A DNA stretch of 59,796 nucleotides from IMG/VR virus record IMGVR_UViG_3300032214_001248, positions 1-59,796 of that record. One strand, 5' to 3'. Under the pieces are notes generated by a model. It did no database searches. It had not been told where the DNA came from and saw only the letters and a program-made list of their open reading frames with translations. Of the stretch, positions 38,450 to 48,569 are shown one piece after another (positions within the stretch are counted from its first letter, which is position 1; the number at the start of each line of letters is the position of its first letter). The position numbers were made by a program, and so were the translations under genes. Source of the DNA: a virus. Taxonomy: Duplodnaviria > Caudoviricetes.

Positions 38450-40882
38450 TTAAAAGATTCCTAAAATTTTCTTACTTCTTGGTGCATTACTAGATGGACA
38501 AGTTGCCCCAAAGTTTGGAGTTCTTGGTCTCCCTCCAGATGATTTTGTTACTCCACCCTTTCCACTTCCAATTGGTTTTGTTCTAACAACAACAGGTTGT
38601 CTTGATGGTGGATCCAATTGTTTTGTTTTTGGTTTAGTTGGTGATATCCTAGCAGCATTTGCTTTTGATGCTAATTGAAGTTCTTGTCCCCTATAACCAG
38701 ATCCAAGTCCACCCATCCCACCAACACCACGATTCTTGTAATAGTTTCTTTCCTGAGATCTATGCGAATCTTGTATTATAGAATTTTTCTTAGCAACTAC
38801 AGACTGTTTTGATTTTGAATCATTTATCGCCTTCTTATATAAGTTTGCACCCAACATCTTTTTGATGTTATCTTCAGTCATTCCTTCTTTTCTATACTGC
38901 TCCAAATCAGTAATAGCAGCAAGTCTCATTGAGCGTGCATTTAACGTTTCTTGCCTTGCCCTTGCTCCCCTAGGATCAAAAAGATTTGTAAGTTGCTCTA
39001 AAAATCCATTCTTTCTTTCCGTAGGTCTTGCATATTCCGGTTGACCAGCACGAAATCTAAGATATCCAACAAATGGACCATCTGGACCCATCATTATTTT
39101 AGTTTTTGGTAAACTCTTATTATCTCTCTTTAACCCAAGACCACCAAGAACTCCACCACCTTTTCCTTGATATGACTTATTTCTAGCACCATATTTGTCT
39201 ACCTGTCCAGATAAACCTTTAGTAAAATTGGAAGAATAAATTATATCATTTCCTTTTTGTTGTGCAAAATAACGTTTACCTGCAATAGTAATTTCCGGTT
39301 CAACCATAATATCACCATATCTTGTTCCCTCTTTAACAGCGTCCTTAACTACAATCGAATCCCTACCATTATAAGTTGCTGCATAACCCTTACCAATATC
39401 AAATCCTTGCGTCCCCTTTAGAGATAGACCTCCTGAACTAAGTGCTTTTTGTGAGGCAAGTTGTTTTTCTATTCTCTGAATTCTTTGTTGGACTGATAAA
39501 GCAGCACCGGGAGACCCTCCACGACCACCAACGTTTTCTTCTTTTTTCTGAGTCTTTAATTCTTGTTCATTTTTTCTATAAGAGGAATCGCTAGATTTAT
39601 CTGTACCAACTAATCCTCCACCATAAGCATGTGCTGCTCCATTTATCATTTTGGGTCTATTTGTACCACCACCAGCAGCATTCATTGATTCAAGTGCTCC
39701 TACACCATATTTCTGAACAGCACCACGAGACATAACAAATTCACCATCAGTAAGCATAGCAGGAATCTTGTCAATTCCCTTTTGACCACTTACAAATCCA
39801 GGTCCACCACCAAAAAATCCAAATAGATTTTTGAGTTGTGCTAAACCACCACCAAAATACCCAGGTGTTTTTGGTTCTGATTCTTTTCCAAGATTTTCAA
39901 GTCCTGTAAAATTTTCAATACCACTACTTAAAGCCATAGTGGACCCAACAGTTGCTGCAACTGTCAGACCAGCACTTAATAACTTACCACCTTTTCCCCC
40001 AAGAAATCTAGCAACCCCCTTTGCACCTACAAGTTTAGCAGCAACTTGTACAAGTTTTAAAGTTCCTGCAATTACAAGTTTGGAAAGACCACCAACAAAT
40101 CTACCAAATTGAGTTCCAAATCTAATATAAAGTGCTAAAAGTTTTGGCCAATGATCACCAAAAAATCTAATAATAGACTGAACTTTATCTCTATTATCCT
40201 TATTACCAAACCACTCTAAAAGTAAAACAATAGATCTACCTATAAAAATCGCAGTTATAAAGTCAATAATTCTACTTAATAAAGATTTTACAGGTGCAAT
40301 AATTTTTTCAGCAACTTTTATTGCAGCAGAAAATCCTTTTTCTAATCTAGATTCTGCAAGACCCCTCTTGGCATCTTCCGCTTCTTTTCGCGTTCTTTCA
40401 GCAGAACTCTTTTGAACTTTATTTTGTAGTGTTAAATTTTTTATTATTTCGCCAAGAAGACCTACAATTTCTTTGGTGTCATCTTGACCCTTTATTTCAT
40501 CCGCTGCTGGAGGAAGTGCAAGTGGTCTTATTCCCGTAAGAAGTTTTTTCTTTTTAAGGTTAATACCAACAGCAGTTCCTTTTTTAAAACTTGCCGCTGT
40601 TATTTTCTTTACTTTAAATCTACCCTTTTTACCCTTTACCCTTTTCCACTCATCAGTTATCATTTCAACTTCTTCTGATGCAAGATTTTGCTTTGTCATT
40701 CTTGCAGCAGCCATTCTTTCTCTGAGAAGAGAAGAATATGTGTCATAATCAATATCAAATATATCTTCTAGCCCAAGCAATCTTAATATTCTTTCGTCTA
40801 TTTTTTCATTAATAAGAGCACTCCCATTCTTTGCCTTTGATGGCATTAATGCTGGCAAATTTTTAGAAGAATTGAGTGCCAT
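38450..40882 (-). CDS. tape-measure-like tail protein
   Basis: Long helical Gly/Ala-rich protein with GIDKIPAMLTDGEFVMSRGAVQKYG, a motif typical of tape-measure C-terminal regions. Confidence 0.6.
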   Translation of the reverse strand: MALNSSKNLPALMPSKAKNGSALINEKIDERILRLLGLEDIFDIDYDTYSSLLRERMAAARMTKQNLASEEVEMITDEWKRVKGKKGRFKVKKITAASFKKGTAVGINLKKKKLLTGIRPLALPPAADEIKGQDDTKEIVGLLGEIIKNLTLQNKVQKSSAERTRKEAEDAKRGLAESRLEKGFSAAIKVAEKIIAPVKSLLSRIIDFITAIFIGRSIVLLLEWFGNKDNRDKVQSIIRFFGDHWPKLLALYIRFGTQFGRFVGGLSKLVIAGTLKLVQVAAKLVGAKGVARFLGGKGGKLLSAGLTVAATVGSTMALSSGIENFTGLENLGKESEPKTPGYFGGGLAQLKNLFGFFGGGPGFVSGQKGIDKIPAMLTDGEFVMSRGAVQKYGVGALESMNAAGGGTNRPKMINGAAHAYGGGLVGTDKSSDSSYRKNEQELKTQKKEENVGGRGGSPGAALSVQQRIQRIEKQLASQKALSSGGLSLKGTQGFDIGKGYAATYNGRDSIVVKDAVKEGTRYGDIMVEPEITIAGKRYFAQQKGNDIIYSSNFTKGLSGQVDKYGARNKSYQGKGGGVLGGLGLKRDNKSLPKTKIMMGPDGPFVGYLRFRAGQPEYARPTERKNGFLEQLTNLFDPRGARARQETLNARSMRLAAITDLEQYRKEGMTEDNIKKMLGANLYKKAINDSKSKQSVVAKKNSIIQDSHRSQERNYYKNRGVGGMGGLGSGYRGQELQLASKANAARISPTKPKTKQLDPPSRQPVVVRTKPIGSGKGGVTKSSGGRPRTPNFGATCPSSNAPRSKKILGIF

Positions 40883-41048
40883 TCGATTGCTGTTGTTTTA
40901 GTTTTTCTTCTTCTAGATGTTGTTGTAGTAAGACAACATAGATGTCTCGTTCCCAAGGCATCATATTTTCAATTTCTGTCAAAGAATATTTATGGTACTG
41001 CATCAAGGCAAAATTAAGACGGAAATAACTTTCCAAATCCATATGCAC
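40863..41048 (-). CDS. gp51: baseplate hub assembly catalyst gp51-like
   Basis: NFALMQYHKYSLTEIENMMPWERDIYV; follows gp26 in the -1 frame. Confidence 0.7.
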   Translation of the reverse strand: MHMDLESYFRLNFALMQYHKYSLTEIENMMPWERDIYVVLLQQHLEEEKLKQQQSNGTQFF

Positions 41049-41053
41049 TAGGG

Positions 41054-41773
41054 CTATGCGAAAAAACTTGCTAACCCTTCTAGAACAACTTCACTTTCAA
41101 CTTTAGTTTTTGGATTTACGACGGTAACCTTATGGGATAGTTTTGGCATGGTCTCAAAGAATTTTTCAATCTCTTTAAATTGTGACGAATTCATTTGCTC
41201 CAGAAAATCACTAAGTTCCTTCTTAGTTACATCAGCAGATGCCCAAACTTCATCTTCAGTATAAATTTTATCAATACATGAAGCAATTAAATCAAAAGAT
41301 TGCTCCATAGCATTCGTATCAGTAAAATCAAAATTATTTTTAATGAATTGATCAAGAGATGGATATTTCATTTCCATCATAATACTCTTATCAACTTTTA
41401 TTTTATTAGTGTGATCTTCATTTTTCTCAACTTTAATATCGTCAAGACTCAACTTAATTGTGGTTGTTGTCTCTTGATCATCGGGGCAAATAACATTAAC
41501 CTCAATATCTTCTCCTACAGATTTGCCCCTGATGTTAAGGAAAAGATATTCAATATCAAAAGTAGGTAAAGATTCTACTTTTATATTTTTTGTTATAACA
41601 CAGTTTTTAATAACATTCTTAATAGCATTAGTAATTTGCTTAGTGTCTTCACTCTCTAAAGCAATCACTAATACTTTTTCTTCCTTAACAAGAAAAGGTC
41701 TGTATTGAATTGTCTGTCCAGTTGAAGGCAACTCAAGTTCATAAGTTGGTGTAGCAATCTTTGGTAAGGGCAT
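41054..41773 (-). CDS. gp26: baseplate hub assembly protein gp26-like
   Basis: MPLPKIATPTYELELPS...YRPFLVKEEK...FDIEYLFLNIRGKSVGE. Confidence 0.8.
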   Translation of the reverse strand: MPLPKIATPTYELELPSTGQTIQYRPFLVKEEKVLVIALESEDTKQITNAIKNVIKNCVITKNIKVESLPTFDIEYLFLNIRGKSVGEDIEVNVICPDDQETTTTIKLSLDDIKVEKNEDHTNKIKVDKSIMMEMKYPSLDQFIKNNFDFTDTNAMEQSFDLIASCIDKIYTEDEVWASADVTKKELSDFLEQMNSSQFKEIEKFFETMPKLSHKVTVVNPKTKVESEVVLEGLASFFA

Positions 41774-41814
41774 AATATCCTATAGGAAATTCAGTATAAA
41801 TTTATTTATTGTAC

Positions 41815-42663
41815 TTAAGCAATGTTAGAATTTGCACCAACAGTAAATCCAGAAACAGTATTACCAGAACTTAATGCGGAGAGGTCAGGAACTCCACCAA
41901 CATTAAATCCACCTTCTAAAGATTGGTTATAATTTTGTGCCCAATTATATTCATTATTCAGAACAACCTGATTCTCAGAAGATAATGGCGTCTGATCCGC
42001 CACCTTATCATTATTTTTAGAAGATGGAGATAAAATATATCTTACATAAGTCATAGATACAGTACATTTTAATAAAGATGATGAATCATAAGATATTGGC
42101 ATAGAAGAAATTGAAATTGGAAATGCATCAATAAAATCATATGTCAAATTGGAAGCGTAATCTCTTTCAAATTTAACTACTTTTAAAGATCCCTTATAAT
42201 CATTTGGATACCTAACTCTATAGAAATATTGAGAATTTCTACTTCCTACAGGACCTAATAAATTTCCACCCGAATCTCTTTTCTGAGCAATACTCTCATT
42301 TACAATATATTTTATCCAGGTTTCAAAAAATCTAATTGGCATATAATTTTGTGCATCAACGTAAAAAGTTAAATCAATTCTATCATCATAGATTCTTCTA
42401 TAAACATGCCTCTCAGTAACTCCATGAAAATCATTATTAATTTCATGAGTTGCTAAAGAAGACCCGGGTAATGTTGCCTCAGAACATAACAAAGTTAGTG
42501 TTCCAGAGGTTGCTGGGGTATATGCTACGCCATTGTCTTTTAAATAATCTATAAAGTTTCCACTCTTTGTCGGATACCCTACCTCAACTTCAAAATGTGA
42601 AGTAAGTGCTGGTTTAAGAAGTAAATTTGCCTTTATATCAGATAAAGTTTTTGGAGTAGGCAT
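41815..42663 (-). CDS. tail tube-like/baseplate tube initiator protein
   Basis: LLCSEATLPG...IDLTFYVD...FFETW...AFPISIS...LLKCTVSMTY, a T4 gp19/gp54-like fold pattern. Confidence 0.65.
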   Translation of the reverse strand: MPTPKTLSDIKANLLLKPALTSHFEVEVGYPTKSGNFIDYLKDNGVAYTPATSGTLTLLCSEATLPGSSLATHEINNDFHGVTERHVYRRIYDDRIDLTFYVDAQNYMPIRFFETWIKYIVNESIAQKRDSGGNLLGPVGSRNSQYFYRVRYPNDYKGSLKVVKFERDYASNLTYDFIDAFPISISSMPISYDSSSLLKCTVSMTYVRYILSPSSKNNDKVADQTPLSSENQVVLNNEYNWAQNYNQSLEGGFNVGGVPDLSALSSGNTVSGFTVGANSNIA

Positions 42664-42664
42664 T

Positions 42665-42672
42665 TATAAATA
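42665..42672 (+). promoter_or_regulatory. T4-type late promoter for the plus-strand gp4-gp2-gp48-gp53 block
   Basis: Exact TATAAATA at the strand switch. Confidence 0.6.
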
Positions 42673-42737
42673 CTTTTTGACCTTTATATATTATGTAGTA
42701 AGGTTGATGAGAAAAAATCACACAAAGGTTGGAAAAA

Positions 42738-43190
42738 ATGCCACGCGATTCAAAATACAATCAGGGATATTTTCATCCAAGAAATCCAGAAAAATATATT
42801 GGAGATTGTCAAAACATAGTATATCGCAGTGGTTGGGAACTCAAGTTTATGCAATGGTGTGATAGATCCCCAAACATTATAAAATATGGATCAGAGGAGT
42901 TTTGTGTTCCATATTACAATCCAGTAAAACAAAAAATATGCAGATACTTTCCAGATTTTATTATTGAAGTCCTAGAAGATGGTGGAAAAATTCAAAAATA
43001 TGTTATTGAAATCAAACCAAAAAAACAAACTGTTCCACCAATTCCGGGAAATAAAAAAACAAAGACATATATTAATGAAATTAGAACTTATGCCATTAAC
43101 CAATCAAAATGGGAATCAATTCAAGAATGGTGTAATGACAGAATGATTAAATTTCGTATAATCACAGAACAAGAATTGGGTATCAAGTAA
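42738..43190 (+). CDS. gp4: head completion nuclease gp4
   Basis: QG.F.P.NP.KY.GD..NIVYRS.WE.KFM.WCD...YFPDF...IEIKP; ATG at 42738. Confidence 0.9.
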   Translation: MPRDSKYNQGYFHPRNPEKYIGDCQNIVYRSGWELKFMQWCDRSPNIIKYGSEEFCVPYYNPVKQKICRYFPDFIIEVLEDGGKIQKYVIEIKPKKQTVPPIPGNKKTKTYINEIRTYAINQSKWESIQEWCNDRMIKFRIITEQELGIK

Positions 43191-43576
43191 TGGCAGATGG
43201 TTTTGGAAAGTATACAAACATTCCCCCCAGAATGAAAGAACTCAAAAAAAGAATTAATGAATCAAATACAAAGGATCCTGAAGATTTGATGATGATCATA
43301 ATGGACGTGTTGAAGCAAGAGGTACTATATCCAGAACCAGGAAAATTTTATACGTTTATTTACAATCCAAAGACACCAGATATTGAATATGACCAACATC
43401 CACTGATTGCGTGTACTTCATTAGAAAGATGGGGATTTAAGGCAATCAATTTTCACTGGAGAGAGGGAAGGCAATATACGTGGGAAGAAATTGCAGGAAA
43501 ACTTCACGTTGTAAAATATGAAGAACTTGATGAGATGCTTTCTATTCAATATGCAAAATTCCGTCTAAATAAATAA
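43190..43576 (+). CDS. gp2: DNA end protector gp2-like
   Basis: PGKFYTFIYNPKT...YDQHPLI...GFKAINFHW. Confidence 0.65.
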   Translation: MADGFGKYTNIPPRMKELKKRINESNTKDPEDLMMIIMDVLKQEVLYPEPGKFYTFIYNPKTPDIEYDQHPLIACTSLERWGFKAINFHWREGRQYTWEEIAGKLHVVKYEELDEMLSIQYAKFRLNK

Positions 43577-43649
43577 AAAACTTGACATAAATGTCTATCC
43601 GCTTAGGACAACACATCTTCATATGTCCCTTTAATGAGGAGGTTGTTTG

Positions 43650-45026
43650 ATGGCATATAATAGCGATGGAGCAAAAGGAGATACTAGTAATCCTTTCAAA
43701 TTAAATGGACAAAATTATAATGTAAAACTTGACTCTAATGTAAGTGGTGGAAACATTAAAGCATCCTCAATTACTTTGCAAAAAGAAGTAACCACAAGAA
43801 GTGGAAAATCATTTGCTGCATATGGTGAGAGTTTTGATGGTGGAAAAACATGGTCAGAACCAGGTTCTAAACCACCAAAAGCATTATCAGCAAGCAGTGG
43901 ACTTACAGAAAGTGAATTAAAGTCTCTCCAACCTGGAGGTGCTTTAAACAAACAAGTTTTATCTGCAGCAAATCAAACCGCAACAAAAGCAGGAGCAACA
44001 CCAAAACAATTAGAGCAAATTTCAAAAGGAAATGATTCTGGCATAAAACCTTCAAATCCAGATACAACTCCAGAGCAAGCAGCAACAGAAGCACAACAGC
44101 AAGAATTGGAAAAGGAAGCTGCAACTTATGCCAATGGAACAAGGTATGGTAAAGGAAGTTATGGGAATGCAAAATATCCCATCACTCTACAAGTAGAGGA
44201 ACAAGATTGTATAAAATTTAGTATAGTACAATATGTTGCATCGGGTCTTAAGTCTGCAGAAAGTGCAGCTGGAAACCGAATAGTATCAGTTAATAATGCA
44301 GGTATACCAGAACTTGGAAAAAGAGAAATTTTAGGAACTGTAGTGCTACCAATTCCAGGAGGAATATCAGATTCTAACGGAGTTGATTGGCAGGGAGATT
44401 CATTGAATGATCTATCAAAAGCTTTTGCTGACATAGCACAATCTGCCATTTCCGGTGGAGGAGCAGCGGCAGAAACAGCAACTAAGAGTCAAGTTGATAA
44501 AGCAAAGGGCAATACAGGTGACCTAACAAGTATTTTTACCTCAAAATTTACTGAAGCTGCGACTGGCACTGCAAATATAATGCAAAGACAATATGGTGCA
44601 ATAGTAAACCCAAACCTTGAGTTATTATTCAATAGTCCAAGTCTAAGGTCATTCTCTTTTACATTTAGATTGTCTCCAAGAGAAGAAAAAGAAGCGAAAG
44701 AAATAAGAAAGATTATAAGATTCTTCAAACAATCCATGTCAGTAAAAAGAAGTAGTAAATCTTATCTCCTAAAGTCACCACATACCTTTGCAATATCTTA
44801 TATAACTGCAAAAAATAGACAACATCCTTACTTAAATAAATTTAAAGAGTGTGCTTTGACACAGTGTAATGTCAATTACACCCCAGATGGAAACTATATG
44901 ACTTTTGCTGGAGAACCATCTATGACATCATATGAATTATCCCTACAATTCCAAGAACTCGTTCCACTATATGATGACGAATATGGCAACGAATCCCCAG
45001 ACCAAATAGATAGCATAGGTTTCTAA
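43650..45026 (+). CDS. gp48: baseplate tail tube cap gp48
   Basis: LPIP..ISD...W, NPNLELLF..P.LRSFSFTF.L.PR...EA..I..II.FFK and C.LT...VNYTP; strong GAGGAGG RBS. Confidence 0.85.
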   Translation: MAYNSDGAKGDTSNPFKLNGQNYNVKLDSNVSGGNIKASSITLQKEVTTRSGKSFAAYGESFDGGKTWSEPGSKPPKALSASSGLTESELKSLQPGGALNKQVLSAANQTATKAGATPKQLEQISKGNDSGIKPSNPDTTPEQAATEAQQQELEKEAATYANGTRYGKGSYGNAKYPITLQVEEQDCIKFSIVQYVASGLKSAESAAGNRIVSVNNAGIPELGKREILGTVVLPIPGGISDSNGVDWQGDSLNDLSKAFADIAQSAISGGGAAAETATKSQVDKAKGNTGDLTSIFTSKFTEAATGTANIMQRQYGAIVNPNLELLFNSPSLRSFSFTFRLSPREEKEAKEIRKIIRFFKQSMSVKRSSKSYLLKSPHTFAISYITAKNRQHPYLNKFKECALTQCNVNYTPDGNYMTFAGEPSMTSYELSLQFQELVPLYDDEYGNESPDQIDSIGF

Positions 45027-45027
45027 A

Positions 45028-45696
45028 ATGCCAAGTTATTTTCGACAAATTCCAGACTTAGACTACGTTAGCAGAATCCCAGATGCTCAAATAGGAGATT
45101 ATGCTAGAGTCAAGAATTTATTTAGAAGAGGAAAATTAAGAGAAGATATTTTCCAAAATCTATCATTCTTTACAAAATATAAGATTGGAGGAGATGATAG
45201 ACCTGATAATGTTGCCTTCAAAATATACCAAGACTCTTCATTAGATTGGTTAGTTCTTATTTGCAATAACATTGTTAGTGTTCAAACAGAATGGCCTTTA
45301 AACGCAAATGATTTTGACGAATTTCTTCTTAGTAAATATGGAAGTTATGATACTCTTTATAATGGAATTCATCACTATGAGACTCCAGAAATAAAAAACA
45401 GTCAAGGAATAACAATTGTTCCTGCAGGACTACAGGTTCAATCAGACTATTCAGTTTCTTATTTTGATTTCTATACCGATATATCAGAAACTCTAACAAA
45501 CATAGCAATTCCAATTACAAACTATGAATATGAACAAAAACTTGAGGAGAATAAGAGAAATATTTTTATTTTAAAACCAGCATACTTGAATATTGTATTA
45601 AATGATATGAAAGAAATTATGGCATATAAAAAAGGGTCTTCGCAATATGTTAGCGAGACCCTTAAGAAAGGAGATAATATTAGACTTTATTCGTAA
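45028..45696 (+). CDS. gp53: baseplate wedge subunit gp53
   Basis: YFRQIP...DRPDNVA..IY.DS.LDWLVL..NNI....EWP...IHHYET. Confidence 0.9.
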   Translation: MPSYFRQIPDLDYVSRIPDAQIGDYARVKNLFRRGKLREDIFQNLSFFTKYKIGGDDRPDNVAFKIYQDSSLDWLVLICNNIVSVQTEWPLNANDFDEFLLSKYGSYDTLYNGIHHYETPEIKNSQGITIVPAGLQVQSDYSVSYFDFYTDISETLTNIAIPITNYEYEQKLEENKRNIFILKPAYLNIVLNDMKEIMAYKKGSSQYVSETLKKGDNIRLYS

Positions 45697-46644
45697 TCAA
45701 TCCTCAGCAAGACGTTGGAAGTAACTGAGAGCATCATCTTCATCCTCGTCAACTTCTTTAGTAACTACAGGAAGTGAAGGAGATTTGGAGCGAGCATAGG
45801 ACTGTTCCAGTTCTTCCACTACACGACTTTCGACACTAGGAGTTTGAGAATACGATTCATACTCGTCTTCTTGTTCAACTACATCACGAGATTGTGTTGG
45901 AGCAACTTTCTGACCAAGAACCATCTTCATACGACGCTCAAGTTCTTCATAGGACTTGAATTGATCAGGGGCAGTTACGGCAGCAAGAGAATACTCTTTC
46001 TTCCAAAGTGCTTCCAGAGCATCATCATCATCTAGAAGAGGTTGTACTGGACCAAATTCAGACTTGTCATAATTCCAATAACCATCTTTCTTGACAATCT
46101 TCAGTTTGAAGTTTGCACCTTGCCAGAAGTCAAAGGGATTAATAGGACTTTCATCTTCAAACTCAGGTTGCATTGCTTCCATAATCTTGTCAAAGATTTT
46201 CTTACCATACTTGAACAGAAAGACTTTACCTTCATTCTGAGGATTGGTAGGATCCTTTACAACATAGATGTTGGAGTAGTAAGACAGTTTACGCTTCTGC
46301 TTACGAACAGTTTCTTTATTTGTTTCTGTACCAGTGTTCCACAGTTCTCGGTTATATTCACCAAGTGGATCTTTGCCACCAATGGTTGTGAGAGAGTTCT
46401 CAATATACCAACCACCAGGACCTTGGAAGGCATGGGAGTACATTTTTGCCCAGGGAAGTTCTTCACCTTCAGGGGCAGGCAGGAAACGAATCACTGCGAA
46501 TCCGTTACCAGTTTTATCCATCTCAGGTTTCCAGAGACGCTCATCAGCACCACCAGAAGTAGTGCTCATTTTCTCAACTTCCTTTACAAGTTTGGAAGTC
46601 AAGGAACCCAGTTTGGATTGTTTTTTGAGATTTTCAAATGACAT
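45697..46644 (-). CDS. gp32: single-stranded DNA-binding protein gp32
   Basis: DERLWKP..DKTGNGFAVIRFLPA...WYIENSLTT...FKYGKKIFDKI...NYDKSEF, with an acidic C-terminus. Confidence 0.95.
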   Translation of the reverse strand: MSFENLKKQSKLGSLTSKLVKEVEKMSTTSGGADERLWKPEMDKTGNGFAVIRFLPAPEGEELPWAKMYSHAFQGPGGWYIENSLTTIGGKDPLGEYNRELWNTGTETNKETVRKQKRKLSYYSNIYVVKDPTNPQNEGKVFLFKYGKKIFDKIMEAMQPEFEDESPINPFDFWQGANFKLKIVKKDGYWNYDKSEFGPVQPLLDDDDALEALWKKEYSLAAVTAPDQFKSYEELERRMKMVLGQKVAPTQSRDVVEQEDEYESYSQTPSVESRVVEELEQSYARSKSPSLPVVTKEVDEDEDDALSYFQRLAED

Positions 46645-46689
46645 TAGATTTCTCCGTATTAGTGGGATTTGGCTTTTGTGTACTTCGTT

Positions 46690-46718
46690 ATTCTACAGGT
46701 CTGAACCTGTTTTGTCAA
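46690..46718 (-). promoter_or_regulatory. sigma70-type promoter for gp32 with a stem-loop in the spacer
   Basis: TTGACA-N17-TAGAAT; ACAGGT-TCAG-ACCTGT hairpin within. Confidence 0.7.
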
Positions 46719-47040
46719 TCCTTTCCTTCATTGATTCAAGCATCTTTGACATATTGTTAAAGACAACATTCATATCAACATTAGAAGGAAGACCCATCAT
46801 AGAAGCAGATTCATAAATTCTCTCTTTCATTTTCTTTGCTTCAGGATCGTCAGATAAACTCATCCGAGTATAAAGAATCTTTTGTTTATCTAAAAGTCGT
46901 TCAAGAACATCAATATGATCCATTTTTTCCTCTTTGGTCATACGAGGAAAATTAAATACATTTTGATAAATGGTTTCCTGAAGTTCAGCAATCTCTGTCA
47001 TCTCTGCACGGACGACTTCGGAATTAAAAAAAGTCATCAA
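46693..47040 (-). CDS. conserved cyanophage protein (DUF1825-like)
   Basis: FFNSEVVR...LLDKQKILYTRMSLSDDPEAKKMK. Confidence 0.7.
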   Translation of the reverse strand: MMTFFNSEVVRAEMTEIAELQETIYQNVFNFPRMTKEEKMDHIDVLERLLDKQKILYTRMSLSDDPEAKKMKERIYESASMMGLPSNVDMNVVFNNMSKMLESMKERIDKTGSDL

Positions 47041-47633
47041 TCTCCTAAAACTACTTCTTTCAAAATTTTCTTATAACGAAATACATCAATATGTAGGAAG
47101 GGTGAATACTTTCCCATACGCATAGAAGTTAGTTTCCAAACAGGATCATCCAACTTTTTATCAAACTGAGACTTATATCCAAGTATTCTATCCAGAATTA
47201 CCATTGCTTCCAAAGAAAGACGACTCTGTAAATGTTCTTTTAGAACTTGAGGATGCCTTCCTGTTTGAACTGAGAACATACTCTCAAAGTTTTTTTGTGT
47301 GAAAACATTTCCAATTTCTTCTTTAAAATTATAAGAAAGAGATTGAATACGCTTCTGCCATTGCTTGTATGTTGACTCACCTTCTTTAATAATCTCACCA
47401 ATCCATAGAGATTGTGGATCACTGCAGGAAACAAAGTTTGCAACAAAAAACTCCTCAACTTCTTTATCTGTTTTTTGTCTCGATACCTTTTCAAACCAAA
47501 ATCGATCACGTCGCTTATAGAAAGAATCCAATGATGCTCTAGTTTTCCCCGCGTATTTCAAATAGTCATAAGAATCTTTTGTAAAGTGATTCTTTAGTGC
47601 AATGTAAGTTTTATAACAATCAAAGGGCATCAT
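47037..47633 (-). CDS. gp59: helicase loader gp59
   Basis: YKTYIALKNHFT...YDY.KY.GK......F.KR.DR.+FEK. Confidence 0.9.
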   Translation of the reverse strand: MMPFDCYKTYIALKNHFTKDSYDYLKYAGKTRASLDSFYKRRDRFWFEKVSRQKTDKEVEEFFVANFVSCSDPQSLWIGEIIKEGESTYKQWQKRIQSLSYNFKEEIGNVFTQKNFESMFSVQTGRHPQVLKEHLQSRLSLEAMVILDRILGYKSQFDKKLDDPVWKLTSMRMGKYSPFLHIDVFRYKKILKEVVLGD

Positions 47634-47641
47634 TCAATAAA

Positions 47642-47899
47642 TTAAAAAATTAATTTTGCTCGAGAAGTTTTCTTCAGAAAATTAAGTTCCATTGCCTCAT
47701 ACTTAATTTTGTCTTTAAGAGGTTTTGAAATCAGTTTAGGAACTGATTCCACATCAATACTATTCGATTCACAAAAGTGAATGATTGCATCAATATAACT
47801 CATATCTTCGTTAATTTGAACAAGATTCTCAATCTCTTGAGCGAATCTTGATGGACAGAAAAATTTACTTTCCAGTACCTTTTCTAATTCATTCTCCAT
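47642..47899 (-). CDS. gp33: late transcription coactivator gp33
   Basis: FAQEIE..V.....SYIDAI..FCE.N.ID.E...KLISKPLKDKIK.EA..LNFL; start taken at ATG 47899. Confidence 0.85.
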   Translation of the reverse strand: MENELEKVLESKFFCPSRFAQEIENLVQINEDMSYIDAIIHFCESNSIDVESVPKLISKPLKDKIKYEAMELNFLKKTSRAKLIF

Positions 47900-48569
47900 T
47901 TTGCCCAGTATTGTGACGTACAAATTCTTTAATGTAGCGAACTAATAACTTAATATAATCCCCTTTGTTCCTTTTGTCAAATACTTTAACTTCACCAGAT
48001 GGAGTAACCATTAAAGTAATTAACTTAACTGGAGGAATTTTAGTCAATTCGTAGTATGCAGCAGCATAAAACATTTCTTGAACAAAGTAATTTTCAATCC
48101 AAGCTTCTGGTTTAATCTTATCTGAAGTCTTAAAGTCTATAACTGCAAGTTCTCCTTCATATTCAGCAATACAGTCTACTCTTCCAGCAAGTCCAAGATA
48201 TTCTGAATATAAAGTTCTTTCAATTGCATGAATATTATTTATCTTATCAAGATAAGGTTTAGCATGAATGAACATAATCTTTGTCATTGGTTGGTAATTA
48301 TTCCAATCCAATTCTTTATTTTCTAAGTAGTCTTGACAGACTTGGTGAAAATCAGTTCCTCTTGCAGTTGCTCTTTTAGTAATACGGTTTGCCTCTTCAA
48401 GACCAACTCTCTTTCTCCACTTAACGAAGACTTCCCGATTATAAAAACTTGTGACCGAAGTAATAGAAGGCACCCAGTCTCCATTGGGTAGGTTATAGAG
48501 ACGGATGCTTTCTGTTGTTTTACAATCTAGTTCAATATCACCCAGATAATTATGATGAATAAAACTCAT
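47889..48569 (-). CDS. PD-(D/E)XK exonuclease
   Basis: PSITSV...RGTDFH...E..L....LGLAGRVDCIAEYEGELAVIDFKTS...YFVQ..AY. Confidence 0.85.
   Translation of the reverse strand: MSFIHHNYLGDIELDCKTTESIRLYNLPNGDWVPSITSVTSFYNREVFVKWRKRVGLEEANRITKRATARGTDFHQVCQDYLENKELDWNNYQPMTKIMFIHAKPYLDKINNIHAIERTLYSEYLGLAGRVDCIAEYEGELAVIDFKTSDKIKPEAWIENYFVQEMFYAAAYYELTKIPPVKLITLMVTPSGEVKVFDKRNKGDYIKLLVRYIKEFVRHNTGQNGE

Noticed and set aside
37872-38453. 193-aa plus-strand ORF
   Set aside because: Low-complexity Phe/Leu/Ser shadow of a Lys/Glu-rich minus-strand gene
45844-46816. Long plus-strand ORFs (199 and 160 aa) opposite gp32
   Set aside because: Antisense shadows of a strongly codon-biased conserved gene, with no motifs
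47889-48569. Cas4-like nuclease as a sign of CRISPR-Cas
   Set aside because: It is the usual stand-alone exonuclease between phoH and gp33; there is no array or other cas gene
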